Source of the DNA: a virus
DNA: 64,000 nucleotides
IMG/VR virus record: IMGVR_UViG_3300025913_000026
Span: 1 to 64,000 of that record
Strand: one strand, 5' to 3'
The notes under the pieces were generated by a model. It was not told the origin of the DNA and did not search any database. It was given only the letters and a program-made list of their open reading frames with translations. Shown in pieces: positions 16,040 through 27,100 of this stretch; position 1 is the first letter of the stretch, and every line of letters starts with the position of its first letter. The position numbers and the translations under genes were made by a program.

Positions 16040-16479
16040 TCTTTTCTTAGACGGTTTAATAGTTGCACTAGGGTTATGAATAGGGTTAGGTAGAACATAT
16101 AATCCACTACCTGTATATTGTTGACGTCCTTTGTTGTATTTTGGCATATTACTTCCCATATGAACCTAATGAGTGAATAAAAGAGTATTGGAAATATTTC
16201 AGCGCGATAGGTAGGTAATAATGAGTAAATAGTTAATATGAAAAGTACATCTTTTAGCATAGCCCACTCCCAGTAATAAGCCTTCCATATTTTAACTTTG
16301 AAGTTGGCTACTGCTAAAAAAATAAGTAAGCCGCCTTGGTATAGGCCAAGAGCGGCTTTAACTATATTATGGGTTCCCAGATGGGTCTTCTGGATGGTTT
16401 TGTCCTGGCCCTTCGTCATCCGCTGCCATAACAGGAGGAGGCGTTTGTGGAGGGGCTGGCGGTTGGGCTTCTTGTCCAT
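16024..16479 (-). CDS. multi-TM membrane protein, start uncertain
   Basis: About four hydrophobic segments from VKAALG onward; no ATG right after the upstream stop. Confidence 0.5.
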   Translation of the reverse strand: MDKKPNRQPLHKRLLLLWQRMTKGQDKTIQKTHLGTHNIVKAALGLYQGGLLIFLAVANFKVKIWKAYYWEWAMLKDVLFILTIYSLLPTYRAEIFPILFYSLIRFIWEVICQNTTKDVNNIQVVDYMFYLTLFITLVQLLNRLRKEWRKL

Positions 16480-16600
16480 CTAATAATTGAATGATTTCTT
16501 TAAGCAATTCATACAATTTTTTATCTGCCGGATGAGCATGTACTTCATTATGATTTTTCCAGATTTCCAATTTCTGAAGTAAATCTACTTTTTGTGACAT
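16367..16600 (-). CDS. 77-aa protein with Pro-rich acidic tail
   Basis: Helical N-terminal half, then QPPAPPQTPPP..DDEGPGQNHPEDPSGNP. Confidence 0.6.
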   Translation of the reverse strand: MSQKVDLLQKLEIWKNHNEVHAHPADKKLYELLKEIIQLLDGQEAQPPAPPQTPPPVMAADDEGPGQNHPEDPSGNP

Positions 16601-16616
16601 TGATTTATTTTTTTAA

Positions 16617-17021
16617 TTACGGTTGATTCGGTAATTGAATTCCATCTTTTTGAGCCTGCGATTGCAATATTTTTTCGCTTTTACCAAATAGAAACCACCC
16701 TATATTTTGACATAAATATCCAAACACAATAGAGATACAATTCAAGAAATTAATAAAGTATACCTTCCATTTAGCAGCTTCTAAATTTTTAAGATCGTCT
16801 TTTGTCACATCCATATTTATGAAGTTCGGCAAAACAAATAATGCGATCAATAACATTACAAACCCAAAAGCAAATGAAGCTGTTTCTTTTGTAAAATGCA
16901 TTTGTAATGCCTGCTTAAATGTAATTTTAATATTATTTCTTTGTATTTCCCAGCTTTTCTTACATGCATATGCTGCTTGACCAAGAAACCAACCTATAAC
17001 TAATATTATGTAATTATTCAT
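16617..17021 (-). CDS. three-TM membrane protein (holin candidate)
   Basis: Start MNNYIIL; three TM segments. Confidence 0.55.
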   Translation of the reverse strand: MNNYIILVIGWFLGQAAYACKKSWEIQRNNIKITFKQALQMHFTKETASFAFGFVMLLIALFVLPNFINMDVTKDDLKNLEAAKWKVYFINFLNCISIVFGYLCQNIGWFLFGKSEKILQSQAQKDGIQLPNQP

Positions 17022-17035
17022 ATACTTATTTTTTA

Positions 17036-20000
17036 TTAATATATCGCCCATGCAGATGTTGAAATAGCTCGTATCTTCTTTGAATCATATTGAGCAGGCA
17101 ATGTAAATGAATTAGCGCCATCAATTTGGTCTGAACCGGCTCGCTGTATCGTAACCGTATTACCGCTATTATCTATTCTTTTAAATACTAAATCCAGACC
17201 CATGTTCCCTGCGAATGCAGCACTGGCAGCAGGCAATGTTATCGTAATATTTCCTCCACTTGCATCAATTACACAAAAATTATCCGTTAATCCTAGTGTG
17301 CTTGTAGATGATACATTTGTTATCCCATAAAAATTACCCTGTTGTGATTGGAAGCCATTTCTAACATAAGCTGAATTACCGGTGGCATACAGAGGCATTG
17401 TAGTTATGGTATTATCTCCTAATCCAACATTATTTAAAGTGTCAACATATAACCCAACTCCTCTTGTGAATGGAGAGTACCCAAATTGCCATGATTGTCT
17501 GCCAGTGCTACCTGGATCAATAGCAGATGCGTATGCCCTTGAACCATCTGATTTAGCTTGATAAAAATAATTTGAATATACTCTAAATAGATTAGCCCCA
17601 GAAAATGTTAAACTATTACCGCCACCTGTAACAGTTCTATTACCTGATAATGTACCATCTCCACTGTATATTGTAGTGGCAGTTCCTAAATTAGAAGGAA
17701 GAATCCTTTTAACTCGATTACTATCTGTTGTAGCTGATGTATCCTGAATCAGCACATAATAGGGGCCAGATGGAGATGTAACAATTGGTACACTATCTTT
17801 TTCGATAGCCACTGACCCATGTACAGCCAACCCCCTACTTTCATCTGTTCCTGCCGATTCGGTGTTGTAGAAAATTGTTAGCCCTCCACGCGCCCAATAT
17901 CTGGCGCGACTTAATGTATTTGCTATAGAATAAATATTCAGGCCATCATCGTTAGCATATAACGACCAAGCAGCTGTGCTTGATTGTCGTGAATCAATTG
18001 ACACACCAGCAAGAGAACCATATGTGAACAGCGAACCGTGAACGCCAGCATGACCATTTACATCCAATTTATAATTTGGTACTATGGTTCCTATACCTAC
18101 GCTACCGGATGCAGTAGCAAAGTAAGCGTCTGCCGTTGATCTTAATGACCCCGTAACGGATAACTTATATGTAGCTGGCGTTTGCGCGATTCCGACATTG
18201 GTGCCGTCATCCTGAATTGTTCCATCTATAATTGTATTAGCATCTAAAAATCGTGATACATGATTAGATGAGCCATTCCCCCAAACGAGTTTCTTGGGGC
18301 CAGCACTGTTAACGAAGTAAAGCGCATCATTAGAATAGTACAGAGACCCTAATGGTTTTGAATCATTGGATATTGTAGCTATTGCACATGTTGCAAATTG
18401 TCCATGACCGGTATTGTTAGGGTGAATATGATCGGTAGAAAGCCCAGTTAAAGTATCATAGCACGTATTCGTGCGAACTAAGTAAGTTTTCAACCTGTAT
18501 GCTGCGGGAAAAGAATTAACAAGGCTGTCCACCTTATTGTTCATTGTGTCTGTCTTTATATCGGAACTATTGGATGGGGATGTGGAATAGCCTGTTGAAT
18601 CCATATAAGGTATATTCAACACTAGCAACGGTGGTGCGCTGGCCGCTTCTCTAAGGTGTGAGAAATAATCTACAATAAACACTCCACTTCCGTTATTAAC
18701 AACTTTTACTGAGTGTGCCGCATAACTCAATCCTGTAATAATCATAGCCATTGGCGCACGATTATCATTGTTGCTAAACCCATCTCCGATACCATCTGTC
18801 TGATTGTCAGTTGTACCTGTTTGTTTTAACACACCATCCACGTACACAGAAAATGCCGAACCTGCCTGAAACGAAGACGTCTGCCCAATTAGCCCTATGC
18901 AGATAGTACTGTCTGTAAATGCATATACTATTGAATCATTCACAGTTGAAGTATACGCCGCATTTGTGCTTTTACCTGCTTCTAATGTTGCGTCCCAAGA
19001 CGCTGTCCATGCTCCATACCTAGTAACTCCACACGATGTGCAACCAGATTGCACGTATGATTTCATAAAGTGATTCACAAAAATGCTCTTATGCGCATTA
19101 ATAATTTTATTCAACGTTTTAAATCCTGTTGTGCCTAATATATTATTTCGCCGGATATCATTAAAACCAACCATTACTGAAGTCATAGCGCCATTCGGGA
19201 TAGGAGTGTACCTGAAATGTTGTGATATAGCGGTAACAGCACCTGTTCCACTTATAGCGTAATTGCCCACAGGCTTGCCGAGGGACTTACCAATACGGTA
19301 TATATATCCAGAATCTGTTTGAGGTGACGCGTTTAAACCAACGGTTATGCTATTGCCAAATGCCCTTACAGTATCAATAACCTCGATTGCATTTAGCGTT
19401 ATATAATCAGCTCTGTGCTGAATAGCTGAAGTGCTGTCTACAGTTAATTCATTTATTATAGAATCGTATTGAAATGACGATTCACCTGGACTTAATATGC
19501 CTCCTACTCCACCAAAACCAACATTTTTATACGCCAACGACGGGCTTCCTCCGCCTCCAGCTCCCGAAGACCATCCAATCATTTTTACTACATTACCAGA
19601 TGCATCAATAGCAATAGGCTTATATGTTGTCGTATCTACTTGCGCAGTTAAGGATGGATACCCATCCCACGTCCATTGACCACTACCTGCCAGATTAGCC
19701 TTTCGTGCGAGGGTAGCATTATTTAAACTCCAAAATTCCAACGCAGATGTTCTGGATGCATTAGTGGCATCTGTATACTTCCATATGATCTGATTGGATA
19801 ATTGATCCGCTGTTGTAGTTCTAAGATTAAAATCTATACTACCACCAATCCCATTAGCCCCAGTTACACTTGATGATCTAGTAAATGATCCTACAGATTC
19901 TACTGAATTTGTAGTAGCAGGCATATTTATACCTTCAAATACTTTACCTGTTGTACTCTGGCTATATATAGCACTCCCATCTGTAGTTAAACCAAACAAT

Positions 20001-21190
20001 CCAATACCGCCGCTACCCGTTGCGGTTCCATAAACACCCACACCAGTTGTGGCTACTCCAAATAAACCGCGCCCATCGGTCGTAGTCCCTTTTACAGCTG
20101 TTCCTACACTACCAGTCGTGGTAACATCTAATTGAGCCCCATCTCCAGATGCGCTTACCCCAGAATAAATAATTCTATTTGCTCCTGCTGCACTACTTAT
20201 GGTAGTAGGCTGAATTAATGCCCCTCCTAATTGTATATTGGCCCCAGTTTTTGTTAATCCATTGTTGGCTGTAATTACTTGTCCGGTTGAGTCAAGAATA
20301 GCAGAAGTATCAGACCCTATAACAAAATAAATACTATCAATCCCTTGCGTTCTATAGATAGTATCTACCCCGCCACCTCCAGAAGCACTTCTAAGAGAAA
20401 TTAAGCCTGCTCCATTATCGATGAAATCTGAATTATTAAATGTAGCTACCCCTAATTGTCCAGTATTGTTTGCTCTTAATGCACCAATTATACCAGTAGT
20501 TTGGTTAAATGTTATAGGTGATGTGCCAGATAACAATCCGCGAACTTTTAAATAATAATTAGGGATCATGCTTGTATCAGTAGTAGCCAATGTCCCATTC
20601 CCGCGTATATATTGCGCAGTTGTTCCGGCACCAGATACGGCTATTGTTCCAGAAGTAGTTATTGGTGAATTGGTAACAGAAAAAGCAGCGGGCATCGATA
20701 ATCCCACGCTAGTTACAGTCCCTGAACCACCACCGCCACCCCCAGACGATCTACCTAATATTTGAAATGTTTGTTGCGTTCCATTATTAATTGTAAATCC
20801 AACTGTTGAATCATTTACACGATATACAGTATCTACCCATCTTTTGCCAACTCCCCACCACTTGCCAGTAGTATCTGTTATATTTAACTTTGTATTTATT
20901 CTATTGCTTAGTGAAATAGTATCCCGATCTAATAATGATCTAAACCATAAGTTTCCGCCTGCGCCAAAATAAAACGCCGTATCACCTCCTCCTATTTTTA
21001 CTAATTGAGTTCCAGGATAGCGAGCATTAAATAAGGATGTCCCCACAAAATTCACCAAAGGGCTATCTAATATCATCCATTGTGCTTCAGTATTCCCGGT
21101 AAATATTCGCGATCTAAATGTATTAGCTGGCAACTGCGCTATAACGTTGTAGCTAACAAACAATAAAATAATTGACAATAATTTTTTCAT
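17036..21190 (-). CDS. tail fibre/spike with SGNH (GDSL) esterase domain
   Basis: G/T/S-rich beta repeats (GTVTSVGLSMP); FGNSITVG, VGFND and DHIHPN motifs; C-terminal ITITLPAA..IDG domain. Confidence 0.8.
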   Translation of the reverse strand: MKKLLSIILLFVSYNVIAQLPANTFRSRIFTGNTEAQWMILDSPLVNFVGTSLFNARYPGTQLVKIGGGDTAFYFGAGGNLWFRSLLDRDTISLSNRINTKLNITDTTGKWWGVGKRWVDTVYRVNDSTVGFTINNGTQQTFQILGRSSGGGGGGSGTVTSVGLSMPAAFSVTNSPITTSGTIAVSGAGTTAQYIRGNGTLATTDTSMIPNYYLKVRGLLSGTSPITFNQTTGIIGALRANNTGQLGVATFNNSDFIDNGAGLISLRSASGGGGVDTIYRTQGIDSIYFVIGSDTSAILDSTGQVITANNGLTKTGANIQLGGALIQPTTISSAAGANRIIYSGVSASGDGAQLDVTTTGSVGTAVKGTTTDGRGLFGVATTGVGVYGTATGSGGIGLFGLTTDGSAIYSQSTTGKVFEGINMPATTNSVESVGSFTRSSSVTGANGIGGSIDFNLRTTTADQLSNQIIWKYTDATNASRTSALEFWSLNNATLARKANLAGSGQWTWDGYPSLTAQVDTTTYKPIAIDASGNVVKMIGWSSGAGGGGSPSLAYKNVGFGGVGGILSPGESSFQYDSIINELTVDSTSAIQHRADYITLNAIEVIDTVRAFGNSITVGLNASPQTDSGYIYRIGKSLGKPVGNYAISGTGAVTAISQHFRYTPIPNGAMTSVMVGFNDIRRNNILGTTGFKTLNKIINAHKSIFVNHFMKSYVQSGCTSCGVTRYGAWTASWDATLEAGKSTNAAYTSTVNDSIVYAFTDSTICIGLIGQTSSFQAGSAFSVYVDGVLKQTGTTDNQTDGIGDGFSNNDNRAPMAMIITGLSYAAHSVKVVNNGSGVFIVDYFSHLREAASAPPLLVLNIPYMDSTGYSTSPSNSSDIKTDTMNNKVDSLVNSFPAAYRLKTYLVRTNTCYDTLTGLSTDHIHPNNTGHGQFATCAIATISNDSKPLGSLYYSNDALYFVNSAGPKKLVWGNGSSNHVSRFLDANTIIDGTIQDDGTNVGIAQTPATYKLSVTGSLRSTADAYFATASGSVGIGTIVPNYKLDVNGHAGVHGSLFTYGSLAGVSIDSRQSSTAAWSLYANDDGLNIYSIANTLSRARYWARGGLTIFYNTESAGTDESRGLAVHGSVAIEKDSVPIVTSPSGPYYVLIQDTSATTDSNRVKRILPSNLGTATTIYSGDGTLSGNRTVTGGGNSLTFSGANLFRVYSNYFYQAKSDGSRAYASAIDPGSTGRQSWQFGYSPFTRGVGLYVDTLNNVGLGDNTITTMPLYATGNSAYVRNGFQSQQGNFYGITNVSSTSTLGLTDNFCVIDASGGNITITLPAASAAFAGNMGLDLVFKRIDNSGNTVTIQRAGSDQIDGANSFTLPAQYDSKKIRAISTSAWAIY

Positions 21191-21191
21191 A

Positions 21192-21764
21192 CTATACGTT
21201 AATAAGTTGTACAAAATGGATCATATAAAGTTGCCCATTTGATACCCCTTGATTAAAATCTATAACTATATTACTGGGATTATATGTTGCGGTAAATGCA
21301 ACCCTATCACTACGACCATATGGGACTTCTACTCCATCTAAATCTACATTAATAGAGGGATTTACTACTCCTGAATAATTCAGAGTAAGCTGCGTATCCC
21401 CGGCATTCATTAATGACCCGGATTCTCCAATAACGAATTGGATAAAAGGTGTTGCTATTGTCACGTTTTGCCCAGTTGAAGGATTAACAATATTTCCTGT
21501 TGCCCCACTTTCAATTATTCGTCTTGCATCCCGTACATATGGATCACACAGCGAATACATATAATTTGCCATTTGTGGCAAATTTAGATTGGCGGAATCA
21601 AGGTTATTCTGCCAATTAATTACTTTTCTGGTTATAAACAATAAGGTAGACTGCTGAAATCTACTATTATCATTTTTAAATAATAATTTCTCATTATTCC
21701 CATCTGCTGCTAAATACATACAGACTCGTGCGTAATTTAAATATGTTGCAACTTGAACTGCCAT
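21192..21764 (-). CDS. virion structural protein (fibre/collar associated)
   Basis: Position and composition. Confidence 0.55.
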   Translation of the reverse strand: MAVQVATYLNYARVCMYLAADGNNEKLLFKNDNSRFQQSTLLFITRKVINWQNNLDSANLNLPQMANYMYSLCDPYVRDARRIIESGATGNIVNPSTGQNVTIATPFIQFVIGESGSLMNAGDTQLTLNYSGVVNPSINVDLDGVEVPYGRSDRVAFTATYNPSNIVIDFNQGVSNGQLYMIHFVQLINV

Positions 21765-22295
21765 TTAAAAAAAGAAGGATGAGTTATTTTTCAAATAAAG
21801 ACCTCTATTTATAGCCGCCTGTGCTGAAAATTGCTGACCATCATTAGTCGATTGTTCTGCACAACTAATATCAACTATTAATTGAAGCATACTATTATAC
21901 CAGTTTGCATCTCTTAATATGTTTGGATTGTCAGATAAAGTACTTATTTGACCAGACAGAAATGTATATAAATAATTCAAAAACGTTTCAACTGACTGGG
22001 CCGAATAAACCGACCCTGGTTGAGGATTATTACTTAACCACACCACATTTACTAATAATGAATAATCTGTATTTAATACTCCGTTAATAGTAATAGATGT
22101 TCCCGCAGAAAATGGGAAATCAATATATGATGTGATAGTTCCCGTAGGTACAAGGGTATTCCCATCAACTAAATAAACATAAATTCTTCGGCCAGAAAAC
22201 GTCCCTTGATTTTCGCTAGAATAACTAGAAGTATCATTGACAATAAAACTAGTTATATCAGATGTTTGCGTTATTGAAAATTGACCAGTAAACAT
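21765..22295 (-). CDS. virion structural protein
   Basis: Beta-rich N-terminal half, helical C-terminal half; position. Confidence 0.55.
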   Translation of the reverse strand: MFTGQFSITQTSDITSFIVNDTSSYSSENQGTFSGRRIYVYLVDGNTLVPTGTITSYIDFPFSAGTSITINGVLNTDYSLLVNVVWLSNNPQPGSVYSAQSVETFLNYLYTFLSGQISTLSDNPNILRDANWYNSMLQLIVDISCAEQSTNDGQQFSAQAAINRGLYLKNNSSFFF

Positions 22296-22972
22296 TAGTT
22301 TTTATATTTAAATATGAATCCTTTTGTTTGTTTTTGGTCGCCACATAATACCGAATAAATATATCTTTTATCAATACTCATTTCACTAGCCGCTTCATGA
22401 ACGGAAACATATTCTTTTATTATATTTAAATTCAAATCATACATTGTGACTGGTCTTCTCATTTTATTCCTAGCCTCTCTTCTTGCCATAATTGCTTTTG
22501 GGGTAGATTTAATCCCCAATGTATATTTTTTACCAGTATTTGCTTTCTTTATACTTTGAATATGCTCTTCAGATAGCTTTCTCCCCTTTCCTGCATTAGA
22601 TATTTTAATTCTCGCCTCTGCTGTTATTGTCATCCCCTTACTACCTATCCCCCCATCAGTTAGATTCAGTCCATTCTTTTCTGGCCATTTATTATAATTA
22701 CACATATTTGTCCTAATCCAAAATATTTCCTTCCCCTCTGCATATAAATGTGTGTCCTCAAATTCCTCAATTACTTCTATTGAATGGTTGTTAAACCCAT
22801 ATGTAACCAAAGAATTATATAGTAATCTCTGCTTCTTTACAGAACTATTTAATGTTTTATATGCTTTAAATCGGCGCTGAAAATAAGCGGTACAACCTAC
22901 ATATACTTGGCCTATGGGATTGGTAATTTTATAGATAGTCCATTCTTTCATTTCAGAAGAAGGCAAACTCAT
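22295..22972 (-). CDS. GIY-YIG homing endonuclease with NUMOD3/NUMOD1 repeats
   Basis: TIYKITNPIGQVYVG..RRF..E..NLTDGG; LSEEHIQSIKKANTGKK; YVSVHEAA..GFIFKY. Confidence 0.88.
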   Translation of the reverse strand: MSLPSSEMKEWTIYKITNPIGQVYVGCTAYFQRRFKAYKTLNSSVKKQRLLYNSLVTYGFNNHSIEVIEEFEDTHLYAEGKEIFWIRTNMCNYNKWPEKNGLNLTDGGIGSKGMTITAEARIKISNAGKGRKLSEEHIQSIKKANTGKKYTLGIKSTPKAIMARREARNKMRRPVTMYDLNLNIIKEYVSVHEAASEMSIDKRYIYSVLCGDQKQTKGFIFKYKN

Positions 22973-23004
22973 ACAAATCAGGTATTTATTTAATAAAAAT
23001 ACAT

Positions 23005-23715
23005 TTATTTTTTAACTTTTACCATCACTTTTGGAGCACTTGATGGGGATGTTTGCCCATAAGCTGGGACAGTATTTATCAATTCAGTAATTCTTGGATT
23101 TTTACTAATCACCTCATCACGTAATTGCTTAACAATTTTCCCATAAGCTGGATTTTTCTTTAAATTTAATGGGTTGGCATGGGTAACTGGTATCCCATAA
23201 TAGCTTTCATTTACATGCGGCCCTGCTGTTTGACGAGGGGTAAGAATCCCAAGACCATTATATGTCTGAATATCATATTCTTCCCCATGAGGAAGAACCC
23301 CCTTTTTTCTTAATTCTTGTGCATATGCTAATTTCTCCTTAAGGGCTTTCGCTAAAATGTTAGCATTTTTATCACGCTCTGTGGGCAATCCTTGATCTTC
23401 AAATGTCCCCCAAGCTGATCCATAATTAGGGTCTAATTGCCCCATATTAGTCTCTTGTAATGCAATCGCTAAGGCAGTGTGTGGACTTACCCCTTGGGCC
23501 TTTGCATGTGCAATGATGGCTTTTGCATCTTCTTCATTTATTTTTATTCCTTTCCCTCCTATATTTTTAAAAGGAGTACCTGTTGCCGGATTAATTTGTC
23601 TCTTATCCTCTAATTGGATCAATCGCGTGGCATCTGTCGGCTTATACAAGGTAATAGGATCGTCCGGGCCTGTTTCGGACATAGAATTTAAATTCTGAAC
23701 TCTTACTTTAGCCAT
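23005..23715 (-). CDS. lysozyme-like (transglycosylase fold) virion protein
   Basis: AKAQGVSPHTALAIALQETNMG and a later YNG motif. Confidence 0.55.
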   Translation of the reverse strand: MAKVRVQNLNSMSETGPDDPITLYKPTDATRLIQLEDKRQINPATGTPFKNIGGKGIKINEEDAKAIIAHAKAQGVSPHTALAIALQETNMGQLDPNYGSAWGTFEDQGLPTERDKNANILAKALKEKLAYAQELRKKGVLPHGEEYDIQTYNGLGILTPRQTAGPHVNESYYGIPVTHANPLNLKKNPAYGKIVKQLRDEVISKNPRITELINTVPAYGQTSPSSAPKVMVKVKK

Positions 23716-23716
23716 A

Positions 23717-24175
23717 TTAATTATTTTTTACTTTTATGCGTATTGGATAGATAACTCTACCTGTTTTCTCTAATTTAACATTAGGGACATTATATGGAAT
23801 ACCTTGTGGATTAATCGCATTATTAACGCCTGTCCCTATTTTATACCCATTATTGGCAAACCAAGTTCCTTCTTGGACTGGCAGTTGTATTCCCGTATTC
23901 GTTTCTCTGGCATAATCTTCTGCATTATCCCCTAAGTATTTTAACTGCCCATTTATTCTAACAATTTCTGGGAAAACATATCCCTTCCCGTCATCCCCCA
24001 TAAAATGGGTCGATCTTTCTGGTTCCCCTTGAATCTGAATAGAGGGCGCATTTTTTTCATACAGCCTTTGCACCCAATCTAAATGTTTATTTGCATTTAA
24101 AACACTATCTACATAAGCTGTTTTGTTGGATAAAAACAAAGGATGCGGCTTAGGTTGTATTTTAACTTTAGCCAT
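23717..24175 (-). CDS. putative virion cargo protein
   Basis: STHFM..VFPEIV..WFANNGYK; follows the ejection genes. Confidence 0.55.
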   Translation of the reverse strand: MAKVKIQPKPHPLFLSNKTAYVDSVLNANKHLDWVQRLYEKNAPSIQIQGEPERSTHFMGDDGKGYVFPEIVRINGQLKYLGDNAEDYARETNTGIQLPVQEGTWFANNGYKIGTGVNNAINPQGIPYNVPNVKLEKTGRVIYPIRIKVKNN

Positions 24176-24180
24176 ATAAT

Positions 24181-27100
24181 TTAATGTTTAGTTGTTTTTG
24201 TTTGTTTGCCCAATTTAGTTGTTTTACTGAATTTACCGGTTGCACCTGCCCCTCCTCCACTTCCCCCTGACTTGGGTGTATATGTTTGCGCACCGATCCC
24301 CAAGAATGATAAAACTCCAGCAACAGCCGCGCCATCTGCTCCTGAATCTTTTCTGGCATCATTAATATCATTCCACAGCATGGGTACTGTTAATTTCCAT
24401 GCATCTTTTAATTTAACTTCTTCCCCAACTATATTTTTACCCAAAGTCACATCAACACCAAATCCAACCAATGGTGACAACTTGCTTCGTACTAAATTTG
24501 CGCCTACTACTTCTTGATTTTTAGTATCAAGTTTCTGCATTCCTCCATTAGTTTTTCGTGTAGCTGTCAAGATTTGTGCAAATGCCCTGATGTATTGAGC
24601 ACCACCACCCCAAATATCATATCTGCTGTTTCCTACTTTCAATTTACCAAAATCACTACTTCTTGGGTCGGATTCCACTTCGGCTCCCAGTCTATGCGCC
24701 ATTGCCAAAAACGCGACTCCAGTAATCGTATATTGAGCCATATTTTTTAAAGCCATTATTCTTGCTGTTTTTGGCAATTTGTAATAGTAGTAAGGATTCA
24801 ATAAATTAATATTGGATGCTATAAGTCTTGGTGACCAGAAAGGGATGGCTAGTTGCCCGGCAACCGGCTCAAACGCACCTAATCCACCCCTGCCGGTCAT
24901 GTTATTTACCGCGCTTGCCCATCCTTTATATTCATCTGCTGCATTTTCAAATGTTTTTCCTTGTTTTCTTAAAATATCAACCCCTTCCATAAACCAATCC
25001 ACCCTAGCCATGTTCGCAGCCGATGTAAATGCCCTTTCACTTGCCTTTGCAACTTGTCCAGCTACTGGTATTTTATGAATCAATTGTGAACGCCATTGTT
25101 CTTCTCGCATTGATGCATGAAGTGTATTAGGATCTAACACAGCCAATCCTGAATCCTCAATAAGTTTCCATGCAGGTGAATTATGAAGGTCGTATAACCA
25201 ACGATCATATCTAGCTTGTGAAAATGCTTGTTTGGCACTTTCCCAGAATAATTTAGCGCCTTTAATCGGATGAGTAACCATGAACTTTATTCCTTGCCTT
25301 CCAAAGAATGACATATCAGGATTTGTTTGTAAAGTTCTAACAACATCCAGCGATTCCGATGCTAAATCTTTTGCCTTTTGTAATTTGCTACGATTCTCAT
25401 ATTCTTGTTTAGCCAAACGAGCTTCCCGATCCAATTTTAATTTTATCATTTTATCTTTCAACTCAATAGCTTCCTGATCTAATTTAATTGGTTCTGGTTT
25501 TTCATCTGGGCCATAATCTCCTTTTGCTATTTTATTTTCCAGGTCGGCTATTTGAGATTTATAGCGCCCCTTTAATGCTTCTAATCTTTTTTCATCCGAA
25601 ATCCCCATCTCATCTTCTAATCCCTTTATTTGTTTCTTCAATTCTTCTATCCTTTGATTCCTTGCTCTTACCTTTTTAGGATTAGAAGGAACTTGCCCAT
25701 TAAGCAATTGATCTAATTCATTCATCAATTTTGCTTCTCTACGCAAATCATATAACTGTTGTGTTATTTGATTTCTGGTTTGTTTTTTATTATATTCTCC
25801 AGCTATTATATCATGAACATCGTTCTCTGTTATTTTGGGTATAATATCTTTTACCTGATTATGAACTGCTTTTATTACATCTGGCAATTTAGTAACTCCT
25901 TCTTCTACTAAGTTTTTAACCAGTTTCATTACATCAGGAGATATAGCGGCTAATTCTTTTGCATAAGGAAGTATAGATGCTCCTAAGTTCTCCTTAGAAG
26001 ATTTCTTCCATTTTTCTACAATATTTTTTAATATCTCTTGACGTTCAGATTTATAATCTTTCCCAATTTGTTTCTTGGCTTCTTTTGCTTTTTGTTCTAC
26101 TATTTTTTGCGCCTTTTCTTGATTACTTTTTTCTTTTTGTTCTGCTAATTTCTTTTCATATGCTTCTTTAGCGGCCTTTATTTCCTCATATTCTTTTTTA
26201 GATACCCTTATCTGTTCATCTGTTAATTGGGCCTTATTAGATTCCCTGTCTCTCATTAAAAAGTCTCCCAAAGTTTCCTCAACAGGAACAGAGCCTTTAC
26301 GAGCTACTAAAGCCTTACCTTGAATCCTACCCGCCACATTAAACAAATCCTTTGTTCTTATTAATTGATCTTGTAATTGTCTGTTATATGGGTCTTTATC
26401 TATTTTGGCTAATAAATCACCCATGTATTGTAGCATCATTCTAGTTTCAACATGATCTGGAGTAATTCCATTTCTTAGCTTTGTAAATAATTCATCTAAT
26501 GCGCCTGGTTTTTGTAATTGTTTTGTCGCCTGTTCATCCCATTCGGCTACTTTCTCAGGAGATTTTTCATAGGTTGGCAATCCAAACTCTTCGGCCATTG
26601 CATCCATTTGCCTATGAGTTATCCCTGCCATTGGCGGTTCACCTACTTTTTCTTCACTCGAACCTTGACCCGTTTCTTCTCTCCTTCCGGCTTGTTGCTC
26701 AGTTTCTCCGCGCTCGGATGTGTTTGGCGGTACTTGTTGTATGTCATTGCTGCCAGTGTCTTGGCTTCCTCCTCCGATTTCCCCGCCTTTAGGTATGAGT
26801 CCCTGATTTCCTCGTACATCTTTGGCATGTGTTAATTCTTTATTGTTTAAAAATATATTTGTTGTTTCATCAGTCCATTTACCATCTGTTTGCTTTAACG
26901 CTTCTAATGCTCTCATTACTTTTGAATGGGTAACAACATGGGTATCTTCAGGTAATGATTTTATGTATTCATTAGCTTGTTCCATTCGTTTAGTGAAGTC
27001 ATTGAAACTTTCACCACCAGGAACTAATTCATTATGCTTTTGCGCCCATTCTGATTCATTAAATGATCCTTCTGGCTTTCCATCAAATTCTCCAATATCC

